Assembly: GCA_036478295.1 (NCBI GenBank)
Contig: JAZGDW010000226.1
Location: 1-10,070, forward strand
Length of the DNA: 10,070 nucleotides
From: Candidatus Krumholzibacteriia bacterium
Lineage (GTDB): Bacteria > Krumholzibacteriota > Krumholzibacteriia > WVZY01
Reading direction: 5' to 3'
The notes under the pieces: model-generated
What the model saw: only the letters and a program-made list of their open reading frames with translations
What the model was told of the DNA's origin: nothing
Databases searched by the model: none
Position numbers and translations under genes: made by a program
Part shown: positions 1 through 7,050 of the stretch, piece by piece
Position numbering within the stretch: position 1 is the first letter of the stretch
Layout: each line of letters opens with the position of its first letter

Positions 1-516
1 GCCCTTCGCTGCGAGATGCCGTACGTGACGGAACGCTGGCTCGGCGGTACGCTGACCAACTTCGGGACCGTGAGGAAAAGTCTCAGCAAACTGGAGTACC
101 TCGAGTCGCTTGAGGCGGAAGGCAAGATGGACCAGTTCAAGAAGAAAGAGGCGCTCAAGCTGGGTAAGAACCGGGAGAAACTGTTGAAGGCGCTCGGCGG
201 GATCCGTACCATGGACAAACTCCCGGCGCTGGTCTTTATCGTCGACACGACGAAGGAGCACAACGCCGTTCGTGAGGCGCGCAAACTGAATATCCCCATC
301 GTAGGCATAGTCGATACGAACGCCGATCCGGACGAGATCGATTATCCCATTCCCGCGAACGACGACGCCATGAGGGCGATTCGCCTCTTCTGCAAGGTCG
401 TCGCGGACTCGGTGCTCGAAGGGCGCGCGAAGTACCTGGAAGAACAGGAGGCCCAGGGCCTGAAGGAATCGAAGAATGAAGACTCTCATCCCGAAGAAAA
501 AGAATCAGTCGCATGA
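1..516 (+). CDS. rpsB: 30S ribosomal protein S2 (uS2), 5'-truncated by the window edge
   Basis: Frame +1 is open from base 1 (ALRCEMPYVTERWLGGTLTNF...), so the ATG at 16 is internal. S2 motifs: RWLGGTLTNF, GGIRTMDKLP, EARKLNIPIVGIVDTNADPDEIDYPIPANDDA. Stop TGA 514-516. Lies directly upstream of tsf. Confidence 0.98.
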   Translation, partial: ALRCEMPYVTERWLGGTLTNFGTVRKSLSKLEYLESLEAEGKMDQFKKKEALKLGKNREKLLKALGGIRTMDKLPALVFIVDTTKEHNAVREARKLNIPIVGIVDTNADPDEIDYPIPANDDAMRAIRLFCKVVADSVLEGRAKYLEEQEAQGLKESKNEDSHPEEKESVA

Positions 517-525
517 AGCATCAAC

Positions 526-531
526 GGAGGT
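526..531 (+). promoter_or_regulatory. Shine-Dalgarno site for tsf
   Basis: GGAGGT at 526-531, 4 nt before ATG 536. Confidence 0.8.
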
Positions 532-535
532 ATTG

Positions 536-1129
536 ATGGAAATATCCGCAGCGATGGTCAAGGAATTGAGACAGCGCACCGGCGCCGGCCTGATGGATTG
601 CAAGGCGGCCTTGAAAGAAAGCTCCGGTGACATCGACAAGGCGCTGGGGTTCCTTCGCATCAAGGGTCTGGCCAAAGCCGAAAAAAAATCCGCCCGTAAG
701 ACGTCCGAGGGAATGGTGCTCTCGTACATTCACCCTGGCAGCCGCATCGGCGTGCTGGTCGAGGTGGCCTGCGAGACCGATTTCGTCGCCAGGACGGATG
801 AATTTCAGGCCTTCAGCAGGAATATCGCGATGCAAATCGCTGCGACCTCGCCGCTGTCGCTCGAGCGCGACGGCATCCCCGAAGAAGTCATTTCTCAGGA
901 GCGCGAAATATACCTCACTCAGGCCCGGGAACAGAAGAAGCCCGATACCGTTATCGACAAGATCGTCGAGGGGCGGCTCGAGAAGTATTATTCGGAGGTC
1001 ACGTTGATGGACCAGCCCTTCATCAAAGACGATAGCAAGACCGTGCGCGACCTCCTCACCGAGCTGGTCGGGAAACTCGGCGAGAACATCAAGATCGCGA
1101 AGTTCGCCCGTTTTCAGATCGGTAAATAA
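536..1129 (+). CDS. tsf: Translation elongation factor Ts, short form (197 aa)
   Basis: N-terminus MEISAAMVKELRQRTGAGLMDCKAAL, CETDFVA motif, C-terminus GENIKIAKFARFQIG. Start moved from the track's 476 to ATG 536 because of the strong SD and the canonical N-terminus. Stop TAA 1127-1129. Confidence 0.97.
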   Translation: MEISAAMVKELRQRTGAGLMDCKAALKESSGDIDKALGFLRIKGLAKAEKKSARKTSEGMVLSYIHPGSRIGVLVEVACETDFVARTDEFQAFSRNIAMQIAATSPLSLERDGIPEEVISQEREIYLTQAREQKKPDTVIDKIVEGRLEKYYSEVTLMDQPFIKDDSKTVRDLLTELVGKLGENIKIAKFARFQIGK

Positions 1130-1144
1130 CCGCGGGGGTCAGCC

Positions 1145-1858
1145 GTGAGCCGTCTCCGGTACAAGAGGGTGTTACTCAAAGTCAGCGGCGAACTCGTTGG
1201 CCAGGGCAGCCGTAGCGGCATCTCCATCGACAAGCTCAGGGAGCTCTCACGCGACATCGCGGGTGTGGTTGCGCTGGGGGTGCAGGTGGGTGTAGTCATC
1301 GGTGGGGGCAACATTCTGCGTGGCGCCACCGCGAGCAAGGAGGGGATCGACAGGGTCAGTGCGGATTACATGGGAATGCTCGCCACGGTGATAAACGCGC
1401 TCGCGCTGCAGAATGCCCTCGAGCAGGAGGGCGTCGAGACGCGTGTGATGACCGCCATAACCATGGAACAGCTTGCCGAGCCTTACATCCGCAGGCGCGC
1501 CATCCGGCACATCGAGAAGAACCGCGTGGTCATCCTGGCCGGCGGCACGGGAAACCCCTATTTCAGCACGGATACAGCTGCCGCCCTCCGCGCAGTCGAG
1601 ATCGATGCAGAGGCGGTTCTGAAGGGCACCAAGGTGGACGGGGTCTACGACGTGGACCCGGCCAAGGATCCAAACGCCAAACGCTTCGATAGTCTCAGCT
1701 ATATTGATGTACTCAACAAAGGCCTGCGTGTCATGGATGCCACCGCGATTTCGCTCTGCATGGAGAATTCCCTGCCGATTGTGGTGTTCAACCTCAACGG
1801 AGACCAAAATCTCAAAAAGATCTTGCAGGGTGAAAAAATCGGAACCACTGTGTCCTGA
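1145..1858 (+). CDS. pyrH: UMP kinase (uridylate kinase)
   Basis: [57 protein letters not shown] motifs. GTG start preceded by a G-rich putative RBS. Lies between tsf and frr. Confidence 0.98.
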   Translation: MSRLRYKRVLLKVSGELVGQGSRSGISIDKLRELSRDIAGVVALGVQVGVVIGGGNILRGATASKEGIDRVSADYMGMLATVINALALQNALEQEGVETRVMTAITMEQLAEPYIRRRAIRHIEKNRVVILAGGTGNPYFSTDTAAALRAVEIDAEAVLKGTKVDGVYDVDPAKDPNAKRFDSLSYIDVLNKGLRVMDATAISLCMENSLPIVVFNLNGDQNLKKILQGEKIGTTVS

Positions 1859-1868
1859 GGAAGGTGAT
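1858..1868 (+). promoter_or_regulatory. Shine-Dalgarno site for frr, abutting the pyrH stop
   Basis: AGGAAGGTGAT at 1858-1868. The GGTGAT part is complementary to the typical 16S 3' end and lies 5 nt before GTG 1874. Confidence 0.65.
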
Positions 1869-1873
1869 TCATC

Positions 1874-2431
1874 GTGCCGGCAGAGATTCTGAAATACGCC
1901 AAGGAAACCATGACCAAGACGATCGAGAATCTTCATCGTGAGCTCGCGGCCATCCGAACCGGAAAAGCGAATGCCGCGCTGCTTGACACCATCAAGGTAA
2001 TGTACTACGGCCAGACGGTGCCGCTCAAACAGGTGGCCACCATTGCTGTCCCCGAGGCCCGTCTCATCACAGTGCAGCCGTGGGAGAAAACCCTGGTTCC
2101 CGAGATCGAGAAGGCGATACAGGGATCGGAACTCGGCCTGAACCCGCAGAGCGACGGCACGCTCATCAGGCTGCCTATTCCGCCTCTTACGGAGGAACGG
2201 AGGAAGCAGCTCGCCAAAGTTGTCCGTAAGTACGCCGAGGAGTGCCGGGTCGCCGTTCGTAACATCAGACGGGACGCCAACGACAAGTTCAAGAAAAAGG
2301 AAAAGGATCACGCCATCTCCGAGGACGAGATGCACACGAAACAGGACGAAGTTCAGAAGACGACGGACAAGTTCGTGGCGCAGATCGACGAAATTGTATC
2401 GGCCAAAGAGAAGGAAATCATGGAAATCTAG
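1874..2431 (+). CDS. frr: Ribosome recycling factor
   Basis: 185 aa. IRTGKA, YYG, QPWEK, LGLNP, PPLTEERRK, RVAVRNIRRDAN, ISEDE and KEKEIMEI motifs. Follows pyrH. Confidence 0.98.
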   Translation: MPAEILKYAKETMTKTIENLHRELAAIRTGKANAALLDTIKVMYYGQTVPLKQVATIAVPEARLITVQPWEKTLVPEIEKAIQGSELGLNPQSDGTLIRLPIPPLTEERRKQLAKVVRKYAEECRVAVRNIRRDANDKFKKKEKDHAISEDEMHTKQDEVQKTTDKFVAQIDEIVSAKEKEIMEI

Positions 2432-2455
2432 CCCACACCTCTCTTTGGTAGCCTG

Positions 2456-3196
2456 ATGTCGAGTGAAATAGAACAGCAAATAGAGATCCTGGAACACGCT
2501 AGTAATCTTCCTGAACACATCGCCGTCATCATGGACGGCAACGGACGATGGGCGAAACAGAGAAAACTGCCTCGCCTGGAGGGCCACCGCGTCGGGCGCG
2601 AATCGGTGCGTACGATAATCAGGACGTGTGCCCGCATTGGAATTTCCTATCTGACCCTCTACACGTTTTCCCTTGAGAATTGGCAGCGACCCGCCGACGA
2701 AGTCCAAGGACTGATGCTGTTTCTCGAGGAGGTATTGAAAAAGGAATACCTCGAACTCGACCAGAACGGGGTGCGTTTGAGAACTATAGGTCGTATCGAC
2801 ATGTTGCCTGCTTCGACCCGGGCGGTGCTGGACGAAACCATCGAGAAGCTGAAGAACAACACGCGTCTGGTCTTGACGCTTGCCATCAGTTACGGCGGGC
2901 GGGCTGAGATAATAGATGCCACGAAAAGGATCGCACGCGACGCCAGAGACGGAACAATCGGCATCGACGACGTAGACGATTCGTTGTTCAGAGCCTATCT
3001 CTACGATCCGGGGCTGCCCGATCCTGACCTGCTTATCCGCACCAGCGGGGAGGTGCGGATTTCCAATTTTCTCCTCTGGCAGATCGCCTACACTGAACTG
3101 TTCGTTACCGATGTCCTGTGGCCGGACTTCAGGGAAAAGGAACTCATTGAAAGTATTGAAGCCTACCAGAAGCGTGAACGCAGGTTTGGCCTGTAA
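2456..3196 (+). CDS. uppS: Undecaprenyl diphosphate synthase (cis-prenyltransferase)
   Basis: HIAVIMDGNGRWA, FSLENWQRP, SYGGRAEI, DPDLLIRTSGEVRISNFLLWQIAY, LWPDF and the C-terminal RERRFG. No clear SD, so the exact start is slightly uncertain. Confidence 0.97.
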   Translation: MSSEIEQQIEILEHASNLPEHIAVIMDGNGRWAKQRKLPRLEGHRVGRESVRTIIRTCARIGISYLTLYTFSLENWQRPADEVQGLMLFLEEVLKKEYLELDQNGVRLRTIGRIDMLPASTRAVLDETIEKLKNNTRLVLTLAISYGGRAEIIDATKRIARDARDGTIGIDDVDDSLFRAYLYDPGLPDPDLLIRTSGEVRISNFLLWQIAYTELFVTDVLWPDFREKELIESIEAYQKRERRFGL

Positions 3197-3206
3197 CGAG
3201 CCGACG

Positions 3207-4076
3207 ATGATTTCTGCCAGCAATACGCCTCCGCGAAAACTCGTCAGTCACTCCTCGGTCTTTTTGAGGGTGGCCGCGTCGCTGGTGTTTATCCCGTGCT
3301 TCATCGTGATCACCAATGCAGGGGGATACCATTTCCTTGCCCTGATGCACGCGGTCACGTTTGTCGCCATGTGGGAGTTTTACCGGATGATGGAATGCAA
3401 GGGAATCCGGCCGTACAAGTTCATTGGAATCATGTGCGGCCTTGCGTTGTTATGGTACGTGTTTTTCCGGAACGGCATGTACTCCAACCTCTTTCTCACA
3501 GCGGTTCTGGTCACCCTGATGTGCCTGGAGTTGACGCGCAAGGAAACGAAGATGGCGGTCCATCACATCGCGGCCACGATCCTCGGGGTCATCTACGTGG
3601 CGTTCCTGCTGTCACACGTGGTCTTGCTGCGGGAGCTGCCTTTGAGCGCCGGGCTCGAGTACAGCTATGGAAGTTCGTTCGTGTTCCTCGCCTTTATCGT
3701 GACATGGGGGGGAGACACGGGCGCATACATCGTAGGCTCGACTATCGGAAAACACCCCCTTATCCCCCGGATATCGGCGAAAAAAACCCGGGAAGGTTCG
3801 GTCGGCGGGCTCGTGTTTTCGATCGTGGCGGCGCTGATCGCGCGGGAGACAATCGCCGAGTATCTCCATCTGTGGCACGCGCTTGTGCTCGGACTGCTCG
3901 CGGGGATAATAGGACAACTGGGCGACCTGTTCGAGTCGCTTATCAAGAGAGACGCGGAGGTCAAGGATACGTCGGACACAATCCCCGGGCATGGCGGGGT
4001 TTTGGACCGGTTCGACAGCCTCTTGTTCACCGCGCCGCTCATCTACTACTTTATCAAGTTCGTCGTGTTTGTCTAG
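3207..4076 (+). CDS. cdsA: Phosphatidate cytidylyltransferase (CDP-diacylglycerol synthase)
   Basis: Multi-pass hydrophobic protein with DTGAYIVG, ISAKKTREG, GQLGDLFESLIKR and KD..IPGHGGVLDRFDS. Start placed at ATG 3207, 10 nt after the uppS stop (289 aa), rather than the track's 3111, which lies inside uppS. Confidence 0.95.
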   Translation: MISASNTPPRKLVSHSSVFLRVAASLVFIPCFIVITNAGGYHFLALMHAVTFVAMWEFYRMMECKGIRPYKFIGIMCGLALLWYVFFRNGMYSNLFLTAVLVTLMCLELTRKETKMAVHHIAATILGVIYVAFLLSHVVLLRELPLSAGLEYSYGSSFVFLAFIVTWGGDTGAYIVGSTIGKHPLIPRISAKKTREGSVGGLVFSIVAALIARETIAEYLHLWHALVLGLLAGIIGQLGDLFESLIKRDAEVKDTSDTIPGHGGVLDRFDSLLFTAPLIYYFIKFVVFV

Positions 4077-4096
4077 GATCGGTTCGGGATGGCGAG

Positions 4097-5251
4097 ATGA
4101 AAAAACGCATCGTAGTGTTGGGCTCCACCGGATCCGTTGGGCGCAACGTTCTGGATGTGGTCGGGCACCACAGCGAACGCTTCGAAGTGGTCGGCCTGTC
4201 CGCTAATCGGAACACGGCGCTGCTCGAAAAGCAGTGTGCGTCTTACCCCGGAGCCGCTGTCGCCGTATGCCTGCCTGACGCCCATGCCCGTCTCGTTTCC
4301 GACCCGGCGATGGGGGCGCGTGCGACGGGCGCCGGCAGTGACGGGCTGATCGCTCTCATCGAACGAGGCGAACCGGACCTCGTGGTGAATTGCCTCGTTG
4401 GTTTTGCGGGACTGGCGCCCACTCTCGCTTCGCTCGAGCGCGGGATACCGGTAGCCGTTGCCAACAAGGAAGCGATTGTCACCGGAGGCGAGCTGATCCG
4501 TGAGGCGTCACGCCGTACGCAGGCGGACGTCATTCCCATCGACAGCGAGCACGTCGCGATCAGCCAGTGTTTACGGGGCTGTCGGCCCGACGATGTGGCC
4601 ACCGTTTATATCACCGCTTCCGGGGGAGCGCTGCGGGACCGCCCGCTGGCTGAGATAAGCGACGCGCGTCCTGAGGACGTGCTCGCCCATCCGACCTGGG
4701 ACATGGGCAGCAAGATCACGGTAGACAGCGCGACACTGGTGAACAAGGGGCTCGAAGTCATCGAAGCACATTGGCTGTTCGACCTTCCCTTTGACAAGAT
4801 AAAGGTGGTCGTGCATCCGCAGTCGATCGTGCACTCACTGGTCGAACTCAAGGATAATTCGATTCTTGCCCAGATGGGCGTGCCCGATATGCGGATACCT
4901 ATTCTTTACGCGCTGACCTACCCGGACAGAATTGACACCCCGCTGCCGAAGAGCAAGATTACCGACTTTCCCGATCTGAGTTTCAACGAGGTGGACGAGG
5001 AGCGCTACCCGGCCCTGGCGCTCGTCCTGCGGGCGGGACGCGAGGGCGGCAACAAGCCGGCCGTGCTAAATTCGGCGAATGAAATGGCGGTTGGCGCTTT
5101 TCTTGCAAAGCAAGTGCGTTTCTCCGACATCTATACTATCATCGAGGCGGCCATGGAACACGTTCCCTTCAGGCCGATCGACTCCTTTGACGACGTATTT
5201 GAAACGGACAGGAGGACACGGGTGTATATCAGGGAGAGGTTTGACCTCTAG
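4097..5251 (+). CDS. dxr: 1-deoxy-D-xylulose 5-phosphate reductoisomerase (MEP pathway)
   Basis: Begins MKKRIVVLGSTGSVG at ATG 4097 (384 aa). ANKE, IDSEH, TASGG, HPTWDMGSKITVDSATLVNKGLEVIEAHWLF, HPQSIVHS, PDMRIPI and NSANE motifs. The track's upstream extension from 3296 is an off-frame shadow of cdsA. Confidence 0.97.
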   Translation: MKKRIVVLGSTGSVGRNVLDVVGHHSERFEVVGLSANRNTALLEKQCASYPGAAVAVCLPDAHARLVSDPAMGARATGAGSDGLIALIERGEPDLVVNCLVGFAGLAPTLASLERGIPVAVANKEAIVTGGELIREASRRTQADVIPIDSEHVAISQCLRGCRPDDVATVYITASGGALRDRPLAEISDARPEDVLAHPTWDMGSKITVDSATLVNKGLEVIEAHWLFDLPFDKIKVVVHPQSIVHSLVELKDNSILAQMGVPDMRIPILYALTYPDRIDTPLPKSKITDFPDLSFNEVDEERYPALALVLRAGREGGNKPAVLNSANEMAVGAFLAKQVRFSDIYTIIEAAMEHVPFRPIDSFDDVFETDRRTRVYIRERFDL

Positions 5252-5269
5252 TATACTCCGAGGCTGCCT

Positions 5270-6658
5270 ATGGTTATCACACTTCTAGCCGTCGCTTTCG
5301 TTCTGGGCATCGCGATTATCGTCCATGAGTTCGGGCATTTCATCGTGGCCAAGAAGACCGGTATTTTCGTCAAGACTTTCTCGATCGGCTTTGGGCGTAA
5401 ACTTCTCAAAAAGCGAATTGGCGAAACGGTTTACACAATTTCAGCCATACCCTTCGGCGGATACGTAAAGTTTGCCGGCGAACTGGAGGAAACGGACCAG
5501 GACGAACCGCCCCCGAGCGAAGCGCCCCAGGGGGGCGTCGGGGAAGAGATCCCGGACAGCGAGATCGATCCCTCGCGCTACTTCGTAAACAAGAGCCGCC
5601 TGGCGCGGGCGGCGGTGGTTTTCGCCGGACCGTTTGCCAACTACGTGCTGGCGATAATCCTCTACAGCGGCATGCTCGCCGTCGACGGCATCAACGTGAT
5701 TCCCACAGCGCGTCTCGGCGATGTGCGTGCCGGCTCGGCCGCGGACTCCGTGGGGTTGGCGGCCGACGACGTTATCGTCGCCGTAGATGAGGTCGCGGTG
5801 AACAACTGGTCGGAGTTGATCGACGAGCTGCTCGAGAACCGCGACCAGGTGAAAACACTGACAGTGGAGCGCGGCCCGGAGATCTTGCAGATTGGTTATC
5901 GGAGCCGATTGGAAGGAGATCGCGTTCGACTGGGTTTCGACTACTTCATCTCGAGCAAGCTCGGCCTGGTCAAACGCGACGGACCCGCCCACCAGGCGGG
6001 AATCCGTGTCGGCGCCGTGATCGAATCCCTCAACGACACGCTGATCCACAGTTTTGGAGATATCGAGCGGATTATACACGCCAACGCTGACAGGGATGTT
6101 CTGATTAGATGGGCCCAAGACGGCGAAACCCACACAGCATCAATTAAGCCGGAACCCAAAAAGGTCCCGGTCGCAGGTTCGAAAACCGAGTTCAAAATCG
6201 TCGGCCAAATCGGGGTGGGACCTGCCTACGACAAGGAGCTCGTCCCCCCCTTAAGGGCGATCGCACTCGGGTTCAAATCGTCGAACCGCATGGTCGTCGA
6301 AATCGTGTCGTTCATGAAGTTGCTGTTCACCGGCAAGGCGGGGATTGACGCGGTGGGGGGACCGATTCTCATCGGTCAGATGGCCGGCGACATGGCACGA
6401 TGGGGCTTCGACCGTTTGATCTACTTCCTGGCCTTCCTCAGCATCAACCTCGGGATCTTCAACCTGCTTCCCGTGCTACCGTTCGACGGCGGGCACCTGA
6501 CCTTGTTTGCCATCGAGGGCATCACGCGCAAGCGCATCCACCCGCGTTTTCGGGAAAGGCTTGCCCAGGGAGGGTTCGTCTTGCTTATTGTACTGATGGT
6601 GGTCGTTGTCTCCCTGGATCTCGTCCGCTGCAGCGGCTCCTCGCCGGGTTTCTTCTAA
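5270..6658 (+). CDS. rseP: RseP/RasP-family site-2 intramembrane zinc metalloprotease (M50) with PDZ domains
   Basis: HEFGH zinc motif (H19) in the first TM segment, FSIGFG, IPFGGYVK, AGPFAN, two PDZ-like segments (VRAGSAADSVGLAADDVIVAVD and VKRDGPAHQAGIRVGAVIESLN), GGPILIGQMAG, and NLLPVLPFDGGH carrying the third Zn ligand. Follows dxr. Confidence 0.96.
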   Translation: MVITLLAVAFVLGIAIIVHEFGHFIVAKKTGIFVKTFSIGFGRKLLKKRIGETVYTISAIPFGGYVKFAGELEETDQDEPPPSEAPQGGVGEEIPDSEIDPSRYFVNKSRLARAAVVFAGPFANYVLAIILYSGMLAVDGINVIPTARLGDVRAGSAADSVGLAADDVIVAVDEVAVNNWSELIDELLENRDQVKTLTVERGPEILQIGYRSRLEGDRVRLGFDYFISSKLGLVKRDGPAHQAGIRVGAVIESLNDTLIHSFGDIERIIHANADRDVLIRWAQDGETHTASIKPEPKKVPVAGSKTEFKIVGQIGVGPAYDKELVPPLRAIALGFKSSNRMVVEIVSFMKLLFTGKAGIDAVGGPILIGQMAGDMARWGFDRLIYFLAFLSINLGIFNLLPVLPFDGGHLTLFAIEGITRKRIHPRFRERLAQGGFVLLIVLMVVVVSLDLVRCSGSSPGFF

Positions 6659-7020
6659 TCTTTCCCCTGGGACGGGGTTCCCAAGCGACGCTCGATATTC
6701 TTGAATACCACGATCCACCTGTCCGGGTCCCGGTTCAGGTCACGGATGGTGTTTGCAATGCGAAGCGAATCTATCGTAGAATCGAGTGCTGCAAACAAAC
6801 TATCTGATTTTAAATGACTTACTGGGTACAGATCACGCGCTTCGGCCACCCGTACGTAGGCTTCAACCAGGTAGGCCTCGTCTGGGGAAAGCGCCGTAAT
6901 CGTGGTTTGACGGTCGGGGGTCGTACAGTAGGATGAACTGAGAACGACAAGGCTCACGGCGACCACCAGGCGCAGACGCGGCCAACCAGGCCATTTTAAG
7001 ACTGATTTATTCGACTTCAT
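6655..7020 (-). CDS. Hypothetical exported protein, probable small lipoprotein (121 aa)
   Basis: Fills exactly the gap between rseP and the Omp85 gene, so it is not a shadow ORF. Basic N-region (MKSNK..PRLR), hydrophobic stretch (LVVAVSLVVL), sole Cys at 32 (SSYC), Thr-rich linker, then amphipathic helical sequence ending DLNRDPDRWIVVFKNIERRL. Confidence 0.75.
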   Translation of the reverse strand: MKSNKSVLKWPGWPRLRLVVAVSLVVLSSSYCTTPDRQTTITALSPDEAYLVEAYVRVAEARDLYPVSHLKSDSLFAALDSTIDSLRIANTIRDLNRDPDRWIVVFKNIERRLGTPSQGKD

Positions 7021-7050
7021 GGTTGTAATTCGACATTTTATGAGAAGAGA
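6991..7050. promoter_or_regulatory. AT-rich divergent junction, probable bidirectional promoter region
   Basis: 19 of 60 bases are G+C (about 32%), well below the flanks. -10-like hexamers on both strands: TGTAAT (+, 7024-7029) and TAAAAT (-, 7035-7040). No convincing -35 elements. Confidence 0.4.

Noticed and set aside
476..535. Longer tsf start at 476
   Set aside because: It overlaps rpsB. ATG 536 has a strong SD and gives the canonical EF-Ts N-terminus.
681..688. A8 homopolymer in tsf as a phase-variation or slippage site
   Set aside because: It encodes the ordinary EKK segment of an essential gene and the reading frame is intact.
3111..3206. Longer cdsA start at 3111
   Set aside because: It lies inside the conserved C-terminus of uppS. 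ATG 3207 fits the operon spacing.
1247..3223. 658-aa antisense ORF spanning pyrH-frr-uppS
   Set aside because: It is codon-aligned with three consecutive sense genes that share one frame. Antisense stops need sense TTA, CTA or TCA codons, which are rare at this GC, and it ends at the TCA codon at 1247-1249. No recognisable motifs, so a shadow ORF.
3296..4096. 267-aa N-terminal extension of Dxr in the ORF track, suggesting a fusion protein
   Set aside because: It overlaps cdsA out of frame, has R/G/H/P-rich off-frame composition, and Dxr homology begins cleanly at ATG 4097.
4540..4780. Dxr deviations (SEHVAISQ, ASGGALR, HPTWDMG) as a sign of altered function or fosmidomycin resistance
   Set aside because: The metal- and substrate-binding residues (DSE, S of ASGG, H/W/M of the flexible loop, DSAT, NK, E) are all retained, so the changes look like ordinary divergence.
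5441..6133. 230-aa antisense ORF in rseP, and the other short overlapping ORFs in the track
   Set aside because: All are nested within well-supported genes and show no independent coding signal.
6664..6683. Small GC hairpins just after rseP (CCCC-N6-GGGG; TGGGA-N6-TCCCA) as a terminator
   Set aside because: The stems are only 4-5 bp, there is no following U-tract on either strand, and they lie in coding sequence.
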